A DNA stretch of 64,000 nt from Myxococcota bacterium (GTDB taxonomy: Bacteria > Myxococcota > XYA12-FULL-58-9 > JALHOP01): the NCBI GenBank assembly GCA_041288095.1, contig JBGGMJ010000089.1:9517-73516 (forward strand), given 5' to 3'. The notes below the pieces were generated by a model that saw nothing but the letters and a program-made list of their open reading frames with translations, had not been told where the DNA came from and ran no database searches. Of the stretch, positions 1 through 8,991 are shown piece after piece. The position numbers and the translations under genes are program-made. How positions within the stretch are numbered: the first letter of the stretch is position 1; every line of letters starts with the position of its first letter.

Positions 1-523
1 CCTCCAGGCGGGCGAGGAACTGCTTCATCTGATCGGCGAGCTGACCCGGCGCCGTGGGCGCGCGGAAGCAAGCGACGAGCTTGCCGAGCTGCTCCTTGAG
101 CGACATGAAGGTGTCGACGTCCATCGACGCGCGCAGCGAAGCTCGTACGAGCGCGAAGAGACGCTCCGGAGTCGCCTCCGACTTCGCGAGATAGTGATCG
201 ATGTCGTACTCGTTGAGGACGCGCTCCTCGGGGGCGACACCAGGCTGCCCGGTACGCAGGATGATGCGCAGCGAGCGGGGGTGGTTCTCGCGGATGTACT
301 CGCAGAGCTGCAAACCGGCGTCGTTGGTCTCCATGACGACGTCCACCATCGCGACCTGGAACGTGGTGCCCGGGCGGCTGAGGATCTCCCGCGCCTGAGC
401 GGCGCTCTCGGCCTTGACCAGGTTGAAGCGCTTGTTGCGCCAGCTCTTGAGCTTCAGCGCCAGGCTGGTGATCGCATGAACGTCCGGCTCATCATCGACG
501 ATCAACACTTGCCACTGGGCCAC
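1..523 (-). CDS. Response regulator receiver-domain protein; C-terminal part runs off the left window edge
   Basis: Manual translation from GTG at 523 (GGAGG upstream): MAQWQVLIVDDEPDVHAITSLAL...VAMVDVVMETNDAG...IILRTGQPGVAPEE...YLAK. No stop before position 1. Missing from the ORF track because it is open-ended. Confidence 0.9.
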   Translation of the reverse strand, partial: MAQWQVLIVDDEPDVHAITSLALKLKSWRNKRFNLVKAESAAQAREILSRPGTTFQVAMVDVVMETNDAGLQLCEYIRENHPRSLRIILRTGQPGVAPEERVLNEYDIDHYLAKSEATPERLFALVRASLRASMDVDTFMSLKEQLGKLVACFRAPTAPGQLADQMKQFLARLE

Positions 524-767
524 GCATGCCTCCGGGTTGAAGAGGCACAACACCATCCAAATCGCACCCCACGCAAGAGGCACGTTTGCGCGGGTTTACC
601 CACACACCCACCTCACGTTTTTCTCGACTTACCTGACTGGCGGACCGGGCCGAACCCCGCATGATCGTCGGCCCGTTCATGGACTCCCCAAAGGGCATCG
701 CGACCCGCTATACTACTGGGGCGGGAGCCGGGTTGGCTCTCGTCGCCTCGGAAGGCTCGGAACCTAA

Positions 768-1184
768 GTGCCAAAGCCGCTGTCAGACGCAGTAGTATTC
801 GCGATCGACGACGAAGAGCAGAACCTCGCGCTGCTCAAGCGCGTGCTCGCCACGGTGTGCCGCCTCGAAACCTTCACGAGCGCCGACGCCGCGCTCGCCG
901 CGGCCAAGGCCAATCCGCCGGATTTGTTCTTAATCGACTTTCGCATGCCCGGGCGCAGCGGCACCGATCTCCTGGCGGATATTCGCGGCGCCGGCATCAC
1001 CAGCCCGGTGGTGTTCCTCACTGCCTATCCCGAGGAGACCGGGCTGCAAAACCTCGCAGGCTCGAACGACGTCCTCTGGATCGCCGGCAAGCCCTTCGAT
1101 CCGACACACTTGAGCTCGCAGGTCAGCATGGCGCTGGCGCTGGCGCGCGTCCGCTCACGCAGCAAGAGCGCCGTGACCGCTTGA
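768..1184 (+). CDS. Single-domain response regulator (CheY-like)
   Basis: AIDDEE, phosphoacceptor LIDFRMPG, FLTAY and GKPFD receiver motifs. Confidence 0.9.
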   Translation: MPKPLSDAVVFAIDDEEQNLALLKRVLATVCRLETFTSADAALAAAKANPPDLFLIDFRMPGRSGTDLLADIRGAGITSPVVFLTAYPEETGLQNLAGSNDVLWIAGKPFDPTHLSSQVSMALALARVRSRSKSAVTA

Positions 1185-1188
1185 GCGG

Positions 1189-2043
1189 ATGAGCTGGCAC
1201 GCGTGGGTCGATGGTGGCCGGCGCGTCGCGCTGGGCGCCGAGCAGGTCTGGTATCGCGTCGATGGCGCGGGGCCGACGCTGCTCTTCGCGCACGGCTATC
1301 CGACCAGTAGCCACGACTTCGCGCCCGTCATCGCGGTGCTCGCCAAAACGTATCGGTGCGTGAGCTTCGACTTCCTGGGCTTCGGGGCCTCGTCGAAACC
1401 GAAGCGCGACTACGACTATGCCCTGCAACACCAGGTACTCGCCCGAGTGACCGCCGCGGCGGACGTGAGCCGCGCCGTGCTCGTGGCTCATGATTACGCG
1501 GTAACGCTCGGGCAGGATTTTCTCGCGCGGACGCCGAGCGCCCCGTTCGTGCTCGACGGCGTCATCTTCTTGAATGGCGGGCTCGATCCCGCACAGCACC
1601 GGGCACGCGTCATTCAGCGCTTTTTGGCGACCCGCTTCGGCCGGGTCGTTGGCCCGCGCATCTTGGGTCGAAAGGCGGTGCTCCGTTCACTCGGCGCCAT
1701 CTTCGTGCGCAAGGACCGGCTGCCCGCGGACGACGCGTGGGAAGCCATGAGCAGCGGCGGCGGCATCGCGGTGCTGCCGCGTCTCCTGCACTACATGGCC
1801 GAGCGGCGATGTCGCCGCGATGCTCTCATCGCTTCACTCGGCGCTTCGACGCCACGCGCCTTCGTCTGGGGCATGGACGATCCCGTCTCGGGTGCTCACG
1901 TGCTCGAGGCGATCCGTCCCCACGCTGGTGGCGCCATCTTCCGCGAGCTTCACGGTGTCGGACACTACCCGCAGCTCGAAGCGTCCCACGAGGTCGCGGC
2001 CTTCATCGACGCAACCGCCGCCGCTTGGAACAAACGCGCCTAG
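1189..2043 (+). CDS. Alpha/beta fold hydrolase (epoxide hydrolase/MEST-like)
   Basis: HGYPTSS oxyanion motif, DFLGFG, nucleophile AHDYA, WGxDDPVSG, GHYPQLE. Confidence 0.9.
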   Translation: MSWHAWVDGGRRVALGAEQVWYRVDGAGPTLLFAHGYPTSSHDFAPVIAVLAKTYRCVSFDFLGFGASSKPKRDYDYALQHQVLARVTAAADVSRAVLVAHDYAVTLGQDFLARTPSAPFVLDGVIFLNGGLDPAQHRARVIQRFLATRFGRVVGPRILGRKAVLRSLGAIFVRKDRLPADDAWEAMSSGGGIAVLPRLLHYMAERRCRRDALIASLGASTPRAFVWGMDDPVSGAHVLEAIRPHAGGAIFRELHGVGHYPQLEASHEVAAFIDATAAAWNKRA

Positions 2044-3719
2044 AAGCAGGTGCAAGCGGGACTGCCGGGCTGGCACGCGCCGGTGAAGGGACAGGAGCCG
2101 GTGAAGCTCGGCGAGAAGCCCTGGGCGGCGTTGCAGTTGTTCGATGTGAAGCTGTACGGCGGACACGGGTTGTCGGGGACCTGAAACCCGCCGTTGCAAG
2201 TCGCCGTGCAGCTTCCCGGCGCCCGCACCACGCACTGCCCGACGCGGCAAACCTTGCCGGCCTCACAGGTCACGTCGTTCGCGCGGTTGCCGGCGCAAGT
2301 GACCCCGACCTTGCAGAAGTCGCAATCCGCGTCCGCGCAGATCTTGCCCGTGCACCCAGCATCTCGGCACTCGCAGAACCCGGTGATGCACTCGCTCGGT
2401 TGGCTACACGGCTGCCCTCGCGCAACGAGGCAAGCAGCTCCGGACGCGCAGACATTCGGCGTCGTACAGCCGAGAGCATCGAGCGAGCCGGAGGTCACCG
2501 GCCCTTGGCAGACGCCCGACGCGTTGACGTAGTTGCAAACACCGCAGCTCGTGTCCGGGGCGCAACGCCGTGGCGCCGTGCAGGTTGCATCGGCGCACGA
2601 GCAACGCAGCGAGTTGCACTCTCCGTTGACGTTGCAAAGGGTCCCGGGGGAACCCGCGCCCGGCGGTACGTTGACGGTCACGATGCGAGTCGCGGTGGTG
2701 ATCTGATTGCCGGCCGCGTCCTCGAAGATGGCGCGGACGCTCTTGTCGCCGTTGCCGGCGGTGAACAGCACCGTCACCGTCGAGGGCACCGGCGCTTGCG
2801 CGCCGAGGGGGCTTTGGATGTCGCCCTCGAGGCGCACGCTGACCGCGTCGTTGGTGGTGAGGGTCGCGGGAGCACTCGGCTCGGTCGTGGATGTCGGCAG
2901 AGTGAGGGTTCCCTCGGGCGGGCTCGCATCGACGGGTAGCGGCGGGCTGAGCGCGGCCTGCGGATTCGTCACGTTGCCCGCGATATCGGACAAGCCGAAG
3001 CCGACACTCACGAGCGCCCCGTCGGGCACACCCGCAGGAATGGTCACCTCGCCGAGCAGCTGCAAACCGTCGCTTACCGCTGACAGCAAAAACGCCGAGG
3101 TCACGTCGCCTATGGCGGTCGTGTCGGCGTAGAGCCACGCTTCCTCGAGGGCGGCGCCGGCATCGAGGTTCACCAGCAACGAGACGACGTCGGAAGGCTT
3201 CACCGCGCGCTTGAACCCGGGCAACGTCCACACGGCAAGGCCGAGGCGAGGGGCGATGAAATCGAGCGACGCGCTCGCGGCGACCGTTTGTATGGCGTTC
3301 CCGAAGACGTCGACGAGCGTGACGTTGATGGCCTGTTGGCCCGGGGCTTCGTTACCGCGCACCTGGTAGCGCAGCTCGAAAGCCTTCATTGCGTCGTCGG
3401 CGCTCGTCACCGTGAAGTGCCCGAAGGCGCCAACCATGGCCTCGGGAGCGACACCGAGCGACTCGTCCGTCGTGAGTGTCAGCACCAGCTCACCGCCCAC
3501 CGATGCCACCGACGGCGTCAGCGTCACAGCGCTCAAGGTCGGCGGCTGGCCATCGTCGCCGGCTGTCTCGACGCACAGGCCGAGGTTCTGCTTGCACACC
3601 GTGCTTGCCGGACAATCCGCCGTTGTCGCGCAGGTCACGCGCGTGTTGGCTGGGACCTCGAGATCTACCTGACAGGCGGCGAGCAGCAACAAGAAGGAGC
3701 CGGATAGAGCGCGGCGCAT
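2040..3719 (-). CDS. Lipoprotein with Ig-like beta domains and Cys-rich C-terminal repeats
   Basis: Start moved to MRRALSGSFLLLLAAC (lipobox LAAC); DxxGN motifs typical of Ig-like repeats; Cys-rich tail. Confidence 0.75.
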   Translation of the reverse strand: MRRALSGSFLLLLAACQVDLEVPANTRVTCATTADCPASTVCKQNLGLCVETAGDDGQPPTLSAVTLTPSVASVGGELVLTLTTDESLGVAPEAMVGAFGHFTVTSADDAMKAFELRYQVRGNEAPGQQAINVTLVDVFGNAIQTVAASASLDFIAPRLGLAVWTLPGFKRAVKPSDVVSLLVNLDAGAALEEAWLYADTTAIGDVTSAFLLSAVSDGLQLLGEVTIPAGVPDGALVSVGFGLSDIAGNVTNPQAALSPPLPVDASPPEGTLTLPTSTTEPSAPATLTTNDAVSVRLEGDIQSPLGAQAPVPSTVTVLFTAGNGDKSVRAIFEDAAGNQITTATRIVTVNVPPGAGSPGTLCNVNGECNSLRCSCADATCTAPRRCAPDTSCGVCNYVNASGVCQGPVTSGSLDALGCTTPNVCASGAACLVARGQPCSQPSECITGFCECRDAGCTGKICADADCDFCKVGVTCAGNRANDVTCEAGKVCRVGQCVVRAPGSCTATCNGGFQVPDNPCPPYSFTSNNCNAAQGFSPSFTGSCPFTGACQPGSPACTCF

Positions 3720-3765
3720 GAAGCGGATATTTGGTGATGCGGTGGTCGCTTGCAAGCGTGAACGC

Positions 3766-4431
3766 TCAGGGCGCGGCACCGCCGACGACGCGCACGATGG
3801 CCGCGAAATGCATGGTGCAGGCGATGACGACGAAGACGTGAAAGACCTCGTGATAGCCGAAGACCGCCGGGTTGGGATTGGGCCGCCGCAAGGCATAGAT
3901 GACGGCGCCGCTGATGTAGAAGACACCACCCAGGGCAAAGAGCGAGAAGCTCGCGCCATCGAGAGCAGCGAAGATCGGGCGTATGTATGCTAAAGCAGAC
4001 ACGCCGAGCCCGACGTAGACCGCGGCCGAAAGCACCCGTGGTCGATTCGGCCACAAGAGGACCATGACGATACCCAAAGCGGCGCCGGCCCAGACGAAGC
4101 CGAGCAAGACGTGGCCTTGCTGGGGCTGAAGGACGAGCAGACAGAACGGCGTATAGGTGCCGGCGATGAGCAGGAAGATCGACGCGTGGTCGAGCCGCTT
4201 GAGCCAAGCGCGTATATCCTCCCGCCACATCGGTCGGTGGTAGAGCGCGCTCACCCCGAGCAGCCAGATGAGTGAGACCGCGAACACCGTCACCGAGAAG
4301 CGCGCGACGCCGGCGGGTGTGGCCGCGATCAGGAGCGCTCCCGCGAAGGTGGCCGCGACGAAGGCCATCTGATGCGAGACACCACGGAGCCGTGGCTTCA
4401 CCTTCACGACCGCGGGGAGGTCCATGCTCAT
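3766..4431 (-). CDS. Hemolysin III family (YqfA/TrhA-like) membrane protein
   Basis: SALYH, RLDHASIFLLIAGTYTP, HEVFHVFV; about seven hydrophobic segments. Confidence 0.92.
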   Translation of the reverse strand: MSMDLPAVVKVKPRLRGVSHQMAFVAATFAGALLIAATPAGVARFSVTVFAVSLIWLLGVSALYHRPMWREDIRAWLKRLDHASIFLLIAGTYTPFCLLVLQPQQGHVLLGFVWAGAALGIVMVLLWPNRPRVLSAAVYVGLGVSALAYIRPIFAALDGASFSLFALGGVFYISGAVIYALRRPNPNPAVFGYHEVFHVFVVIACTMHFAAIVRVVGGAAP

Positions 4432-4477
4432 GAGTGTGCGTCATGAGCGCCGGCGGCACCGTCACAGTTTTGCAATT

Positions 4478-4864
4478 TCACTCGCGACGGCGGGTATTTC
4501 CGCGGCGCGCGTCGATGGCGGCGGGCGGCGCGAGCCCCGCCACGGCATGCGGCCAACCTCGGCGCTCGGGGATCGTGGGGTCGACGCCAAGCTCGCCGGC
4601 ACAGCGAATCAACGCGTCGCGGACCGTCGCATAGACGCCTTCCGGCAGCACCTCACCGTCACCCGCGGCGACGACGGTGCGTGCGAACAAACCCGGATCA
4701 CCCTCATAGTCGCGGCGCTCCCAGGGGCCGAGGGCGTCATTGAAGCGCGTGTCGCGAAGGGCGGCGTACCTGCCGAGTGCCTCCGCGAGCCAAGGCGCGT
4801 CGAGGATGCTGGCGCTGTAAAAGCGGTTGGCGGCGTCACCGGCGATGCAACGAGAATCGATCAC
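4478..4864 (-). CDS. Hypothetical protein
   Basis: Best protein-like ORF in the gap; start uncertain, no recognisable motif. Confidence 0.4.
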   Translation of the reverse strand: MIDSRCIAGDAANRFYSASILDAPWLAEALGRYAALRDTRFNDALGPWERRDYEGDPGLFARTVVAAGDGEVLPEGVYATVRDALIRCAGELGVDPTIPERRGWPHAVAGLAPPAAIDARRGNTRRRE

Positions 4865-4993
4865 GAGGCATCATCGGCGCGGGCTCGGCGGCGTTGTCTG
4901 TCGCCTCGTCAGGCCGTCGCGCCGGAGCGGGGGCTCGTATCGCCGAGAGTGCCTCAATGACAGGGTCCGACCCCGCGCCTCGAATGTGCCGCC

Positions 4994-5001
4994 GCCGATA
5001 A
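4994..5001 (+). promoter_or_regulatory. Sigma-28-like -10 element GCCGATAA; no -35 match at the expected spacing
   Basis: Exact GCCGATAA 90 nt upstream of ATG 5092. Confidence 0.35.
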
Positions 5002-5091
5002 CGCGAGGCCATAGCTCCACAGCGGCCACGATTCCGGGGTGCCCCGCTGCGGAGATTACCAGGAGCGCTCGGCGCTCTTGCAGGATCCGCC

Positions 5092-6393
5092 ATGTCCAGC
5101 ATCGAAACGCCACCTGTCCGCCAGAGCGTGCAACCGGCGGCGAGCCCCGCTCCCGCCGCCGCCCCACGCGCAGCGCGAGCCCCCGCCGCCGCCACCCCCA
5201 CGGATGGCCCGCCCGCTCCTCGCGCCGCCGCTGCGACCCGCCTGATTCAGGGCCGGCCGAACCCCGCGATGCAGCTCGCGCCGCCGCGCGACGATGGCCC
5301 GCGTGGTTGTGCCCGCACGCCCTCGCCCGCCGACGGCCCGCGACGCCTCGTCGTCTCGCATCCATTCGACGCCAACGGCGACCGCTCCGGCGCTTTCGAA
5401 GTCCTGAACGTCGCGCCCAACGGGCAGCTCTCGCGCTCAGGCCGCTCGTTCACGCTCGAGACGGCGGCGAACTCGGGGACGATCGACTTCACTCCAGACG
5501 GCCAGGTGGGGCTCGTCGCGCTCGATAACGGCCGCATCGGTGTCTTTCGCCTCGACGCCGAGGGCAAACCGACCGTCGTGCACGAAGGCTTCGCGGGTAC
5601 CTTCCACGCGGGCAAGGTCGTGGTCGAGCCACGCGGCGACCGCGCCTTGGTCCTCGATCGCAACTGGAGCCACAACGGCGGTGGCGTCTATCAGGTCACC
5701 ATCGGGTGCGACGGGACGCTCACCGACCACGGGCGCGTCCTGGCCGCCCGGTCTCCAGGCGCCATTGCCTTCGCCGGCGACCGCGCCGTGGTCGCCGCCG
5801 CGAATGTCGGTGAGCTGGACCGCGAGGCGGATCCCGGAACGGAAAGCGTTCACGTGCTCGAATGGGGCCAGACTCCGCGGCGCGTCGGTGGTGCCGACGC
5901 CTTCGGCCACAACCAGGTGGTCGTCGGTGGCGCCGCCCTCACCAGCGACGGCAAGACCTTCCTCGTCGGCGACACCAACGGCTTCAGCGGTAACCTCAAC
6001 GCCGTCGCCGCCGTGACCCTCGATGAGAACGGCGCTCGCCCGGCCGGCGGCGTCCAGGTCGATGACCCCGCGGCCATCGCCACCTCCCCCTTCGGGCAAG
6101 TGGCCATCGTCTCGAGCCCGCTGACCGACTCACTCATCGTCCTCGACACCAACGCCCAAGACGGCAAGTGGCGGGTCCGCGGCCCCGTTCCGCACCGTGG
6201 CGCGGCGCCCCAGCTACCAGGCGATCTCGCGACCATCGACCGCGGCAACCTGCGCGGCAACGTCTACGTCTCCGAGAACGTGTCGGTGCGGCGCTTGGCC
6301 TTCCGACCGGACGGCTCCGTCGTCGACCTCGGGTCGCTGCAGTTCGGTCAGGACCTAAAGGACATCAGTGGCGCCATCGGCGTGACCAAGTAG
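5092..6393 (+). CDS. Beta-propeller protein (lactonase/YVTN-like) with Pro/Ala-rich N-terminal extension
   Basis: Blade-like repeats FTPDGQ, EPRGDRA, TSDGKT, SPFGQ; about 60 aa low-complexity N-terminus without a hydrophobic signal. Confidence 0.7.
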   Translation: MSSIETPPVRQSVQPAASPAPAAAPRAARAPAAATPTDGPPAPRAAAATRLIQGRPNPAMQLAPPRDDGPRGCARTPSPADGPRRLVVSHPFDANGDRSGAFEVLNVAPNGQLSRSGRSFTLETAANSGTIDFTPDGQVGLVALDNGRIGVFRLDAEGKPTVVHEGFAGTFHAGKVVVEPRGDRALVLDRNWSHNGGGVYQVTIGCDGTLTDHGRVLAARSPGAIAFAGDRAVVAAANVGELDREADPGTESVHVLEWGQTPRRVGGADAFGHNQVVVGGAALTSDGKTFLVGDTNGFSGNLNAVAAVTLDENGARPAGGVQVDDPAAIATSPFGQVAIVSSPLTDSLIVLDTNAQDGKWRVRGPVPHRGAAPQLPGDLATIDRGNLRGNVYVSENVSVRRLAFRPDGSVVDLGSLQFGQDLKDISGAIGVTK

Positions 6394-6406
6394 CGGACGC
6401 CGCAAC

Positions 6407-7312
6407 ATGACATTGTTGTCCGCCAAAGCGGTCGCACCGCTATTGCGCGCCACGGCTCGGTCCCGCTCCAGCGAGACCGAGCGCCCTTCCGACGTTTACG
6501 AGCCGCAGTACCGTGTCGAGCTCGACACGGATCGCGACGGCACCGTGAACGCCGATGAGCTGCAGCGGTTCGCGCAAGCTCGTTCACGCGTGTCGTGGAT
6601 TCCACTCTCGTCGATGCTCTCGACGGAGAAGCAGCTCGCGCTCCGCTCGACGCAGTTCGCGACGACGCAACAAGCGCTCGCAAGGTCGCTGGTGAAAGCC
6701 CGCGGCAGCGCCAATCAGGACGACGTCGAGGCGGTGGTCTCGCATCTCGTGCGCCTGCCGGCGAGCGTCCTCGTCGGCATTCAGCGCGCGGGCTTGTCGG
6801 TGGTCGTCTGCCGGGGCGGTGTCACGGACTACGTGAAGACGCTCGAGCGGGAGCCGGTCCGCGGGCACAAGGCCGGCGACTCCTGGGACAAGACACCCGG
6901 CACCGTGTGGAACCGCGAGGTCGTCATCGCCACGATGGAAAGCCTGCGCGTCCCCGGACAACGCATGGTGCCACCGCGCGGCCGTGGTCACGACACCTAC
7001 GACCTCATCTTGCACGAGCTCGGCCACGGCATCGCCCGCAACCTCGGGCAATTCGAGGGCACGAAGACGACCGCTGACAGGAGCGACGCGCACGCCGGCG
7101 CCACCTTCTTGGCGGCGCGGAACGAGGATTGGGATCGCTTGCGTCCGTACTATCGCCAAGACGGCAGGGGCAGCGGCGCCGGCGCCGACGAGACCTTCGC
7201 CGAATCGTTCGCCCGCTTCTACGGCGGCGACCCCTCACTCGAGCACGACTGGCCGGCGCTTTACCGCTTCTGGAACGACAACCGTCGCGCCATACCCGTC
7301 AGCGCTCGCTGA
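6407..7312 (+). CDS. Zinc metallopeptidase, anthrax lethal factor/Pro-Pro endopeptidase-like, with an N-terminal EF-hand-like loop
   Basis: LHELGH zinc motif plus downstream DETFAESFARFY; DTDRDGTVNADE loop; starts 13 nt after the upstream gene. Confidence 0.75.
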   Translation: MTLLSAKAVAPLLRATARSRSSETERPSDVYEPQYRVELDTDRDGTVNADELQRFAQARSRVSWIPLSSMLSTEKQLALRSTQFATTQQALARSLVKARGSANQDDVEAVVSHLVRLPASVLVGIQRAGLSVVVCRGGVTDYVKTLEREPVRGHKAGDSWDKTPGTVWNREVVIATMESLRVPGQRMVPPRGRGHDTYDLILHELGHGIARNLGQFEGTKTTADRSDAHAGATFLAARNEDWDRLRPYYRQDGRGSGAGADETFAESFARFYGGDPSLEHDWPALYRFWNDNRRAIPVSAR

Positions 7313-8987
7313 CGTAGGCCCCGGGCGCATCCGCGATCGGCGGATGCTTCTTGCTACCGAGCTTCGCCGGCGCCTTCTCGCGCTCGCCGGCGCGCGACTC
7401 GATCCAACGTGCCCACGCGTTCCACCAGGTATCGGCGTGGCGGGTCGCCGCTTCACGCCAAGCGTCCGGGCTCTCGTCGAGCTCCTCGCGGATCCAATAC
7501 GCCGCGTTCTTGCTCGGCGGATTGACGACGCCGGCGATGTGGCCCGAGCTGCTGAGCACGAACTGCGTCTCGCCGCCCAGACGGTGCGCCGTCTTGTAGA
7601 CCGATTTCCACGGCGTGATGTGATCCTCGACGGCGCCGACGACGAACGCGTCCGGTCGAGCGGCCTCGAGACGGAGGGTCTTGCCGCGCACGCTCATGGC
7701 ATCGCGCGTCAGCTCGTTGTCGAGGTAACAACCACGCAGGTACTCCGTGAGCAGCTTCGCCGGGATGCGCGTGCCGTCATCGTTCCACGCGAGCAAGTCG
7801 AAGGCCGGCGGCTCGTCGCCCATCAACCAAGCCGCGCTCACGTAGTTGAAGTGCAAGTCGTTGGGCCGGAGCAGATTGAAAGTCCGCGCCATCTCCGACG
7901 ATTCATGCAGACCGCGACGGTTCACACGGCGCAGCAGTCGCTCGACCGTCGGCCGGTCCGTGAAAGCGCCCAACGGCCCCGGCTCGCTGAAGTCCACCAA
8001 GGTGTTCATCAGGGTGAGCGAGTTGAGTGAGTCATCGCCGGTCGCCGCGAGATAGGCCGCGAGCATCGAGGCCAAGGTGCCGCCGACGCACAACGCCGCG
8101 ACGTTCACCTTCGGTGCCCCGGTGATCTCCTTGACGACACGCATCGCCTCGAGCGGACCTTCGGCCAGGTAATCGGCGAAGCCCGCGTCGCGCAGGCCCA
8201 AGTCGGGATTCTTGTAGCTGATGCAAAACACGGTGTGGCCGTGCTTCACCGCCCACTCGACCAGGCTCCGGCCGGGAGCGAGGTCCATGATGTAGTACTT
8301 GTTGATGAACGGCGGGCTGAACAGTAGCGGGACCGCGAAAGTGGACTCGGTCTGCGGTGTGTACTGAATGAGCTCCATGATGCGGTTCTTGTAGACGACC
8401 TTGCCGGGTGTCGAGGCGAGCTGCTTGCCGACCTCGAACTTCGAGTCGTCGACCAAGCGAGGCCAACCTTGGCGCTTGCGCACATCCTCAATCAACTTGC
8501 GCAGACCCTTGAGAGTGCTCGCGCCGCTGGTCTCGAACGCGCGCCGCAGCGCGACCGGGTTCGTGAGGATGAAGTTCGTGGGAGCCGCGGCATCCACCAA
8601 GAGTTGGCCGGCGAGCCGCGCTTTGCGCTCGGCGGCGCCACCGAGCTTCGCGGCGTCGAGGAGGTCGTGCGCCAAACGCTCACGCAGCAGATGTTGCTGC
8701 ATCAACCAGAAAAAGAGCGCGCTCTCGTTCCAAGCGCTGTCGTTGAAACGGCGGTCCTTGGTCGGCGCCGGCATCGGCCCTTGGGATTGCGCGCCCGCGG
8801 CTCGTAGCGCGGTCGCTCCCGCGGCGGCGAGCGAGTCCTTCGTCCAGCGCATCAGCGCCCGGCCCGTCGAGACTGGATGTCGCGCAAGACCAGCAGCTCC
8901 GCTCGCCAACGCCTTGCCGAACCCCGCTGGGTCCGTACGATCCAGCACTTCATCCGCGACGCGTCGCAACCCTTCGCGCATTGCCAT
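7299..8987 (-). CDS. phaC: Polyhydroxyalkanoate synthase
   Basis: TPGKVVY, ELIQYTP, INKYYIMDL, catalytic Cys in ALCVGG, FDLLAWN, EDHITPW, SSGHIAGVVNPP. Confidence 0.95.
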   Translation of the reverse strand: MAMREGLRRVADEVLDRTDPAGFGKALASGAAGLARHPVSTGRALMRWTKDSLAAAGATALRAAGAQSQGPMPAPTKDRRFNDSAWNESALFFWLMQQHLLRERLAHDLLDAAKLGGAAERKARLAGQLLVDAAAPTNFILTNPVALRRAFETSGASTLKGLRKLIEDVRKRQGWPRLVDDSKFEVGKQLASTPGKVVYKNRIMELIQYTPQTESTFAVPLLFSPPFINKYYIMDLAPGRSLVEWAVKHGHTVFCISYKNPDLGLRDAGFADYLAEGPLEAMRVVKEITGAPKVNVAALCVGGTLASMLAAYLAATGDDSLNSLTLMNTLVDFSEPGPLGAFTDRPTVERLLRRVNRRGLHESSEMARTFNLLRPNDLHFNYVSAAWLMGDEPPAFDLLAWNDDGTRIPAKLLTEYLRGCYLDNELTRDAMSVRGKTLRLEAARPDAFVVGAVEDHITPWKSVYKTAHRLGGETQFVLSSSGHIAGVVNPPSKNAAYWIREELDESPDAWREAATRHADTWWNAWARWIESRAGEREKAPAKLGSKKHPPIADAPGAYVSER

Positions 8988-8991
8988 CTCC

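Noticed and set aside
194..664. 156-aa + strand ORF
   Set aside because: Antisense shadow of the - strand response regulator at 1-523.
4836..5012. Possible frameshifted 5' part of the 4478-4864 gene
   Set aside because: No recognisable homology, so a pseudogene cannot be supported.
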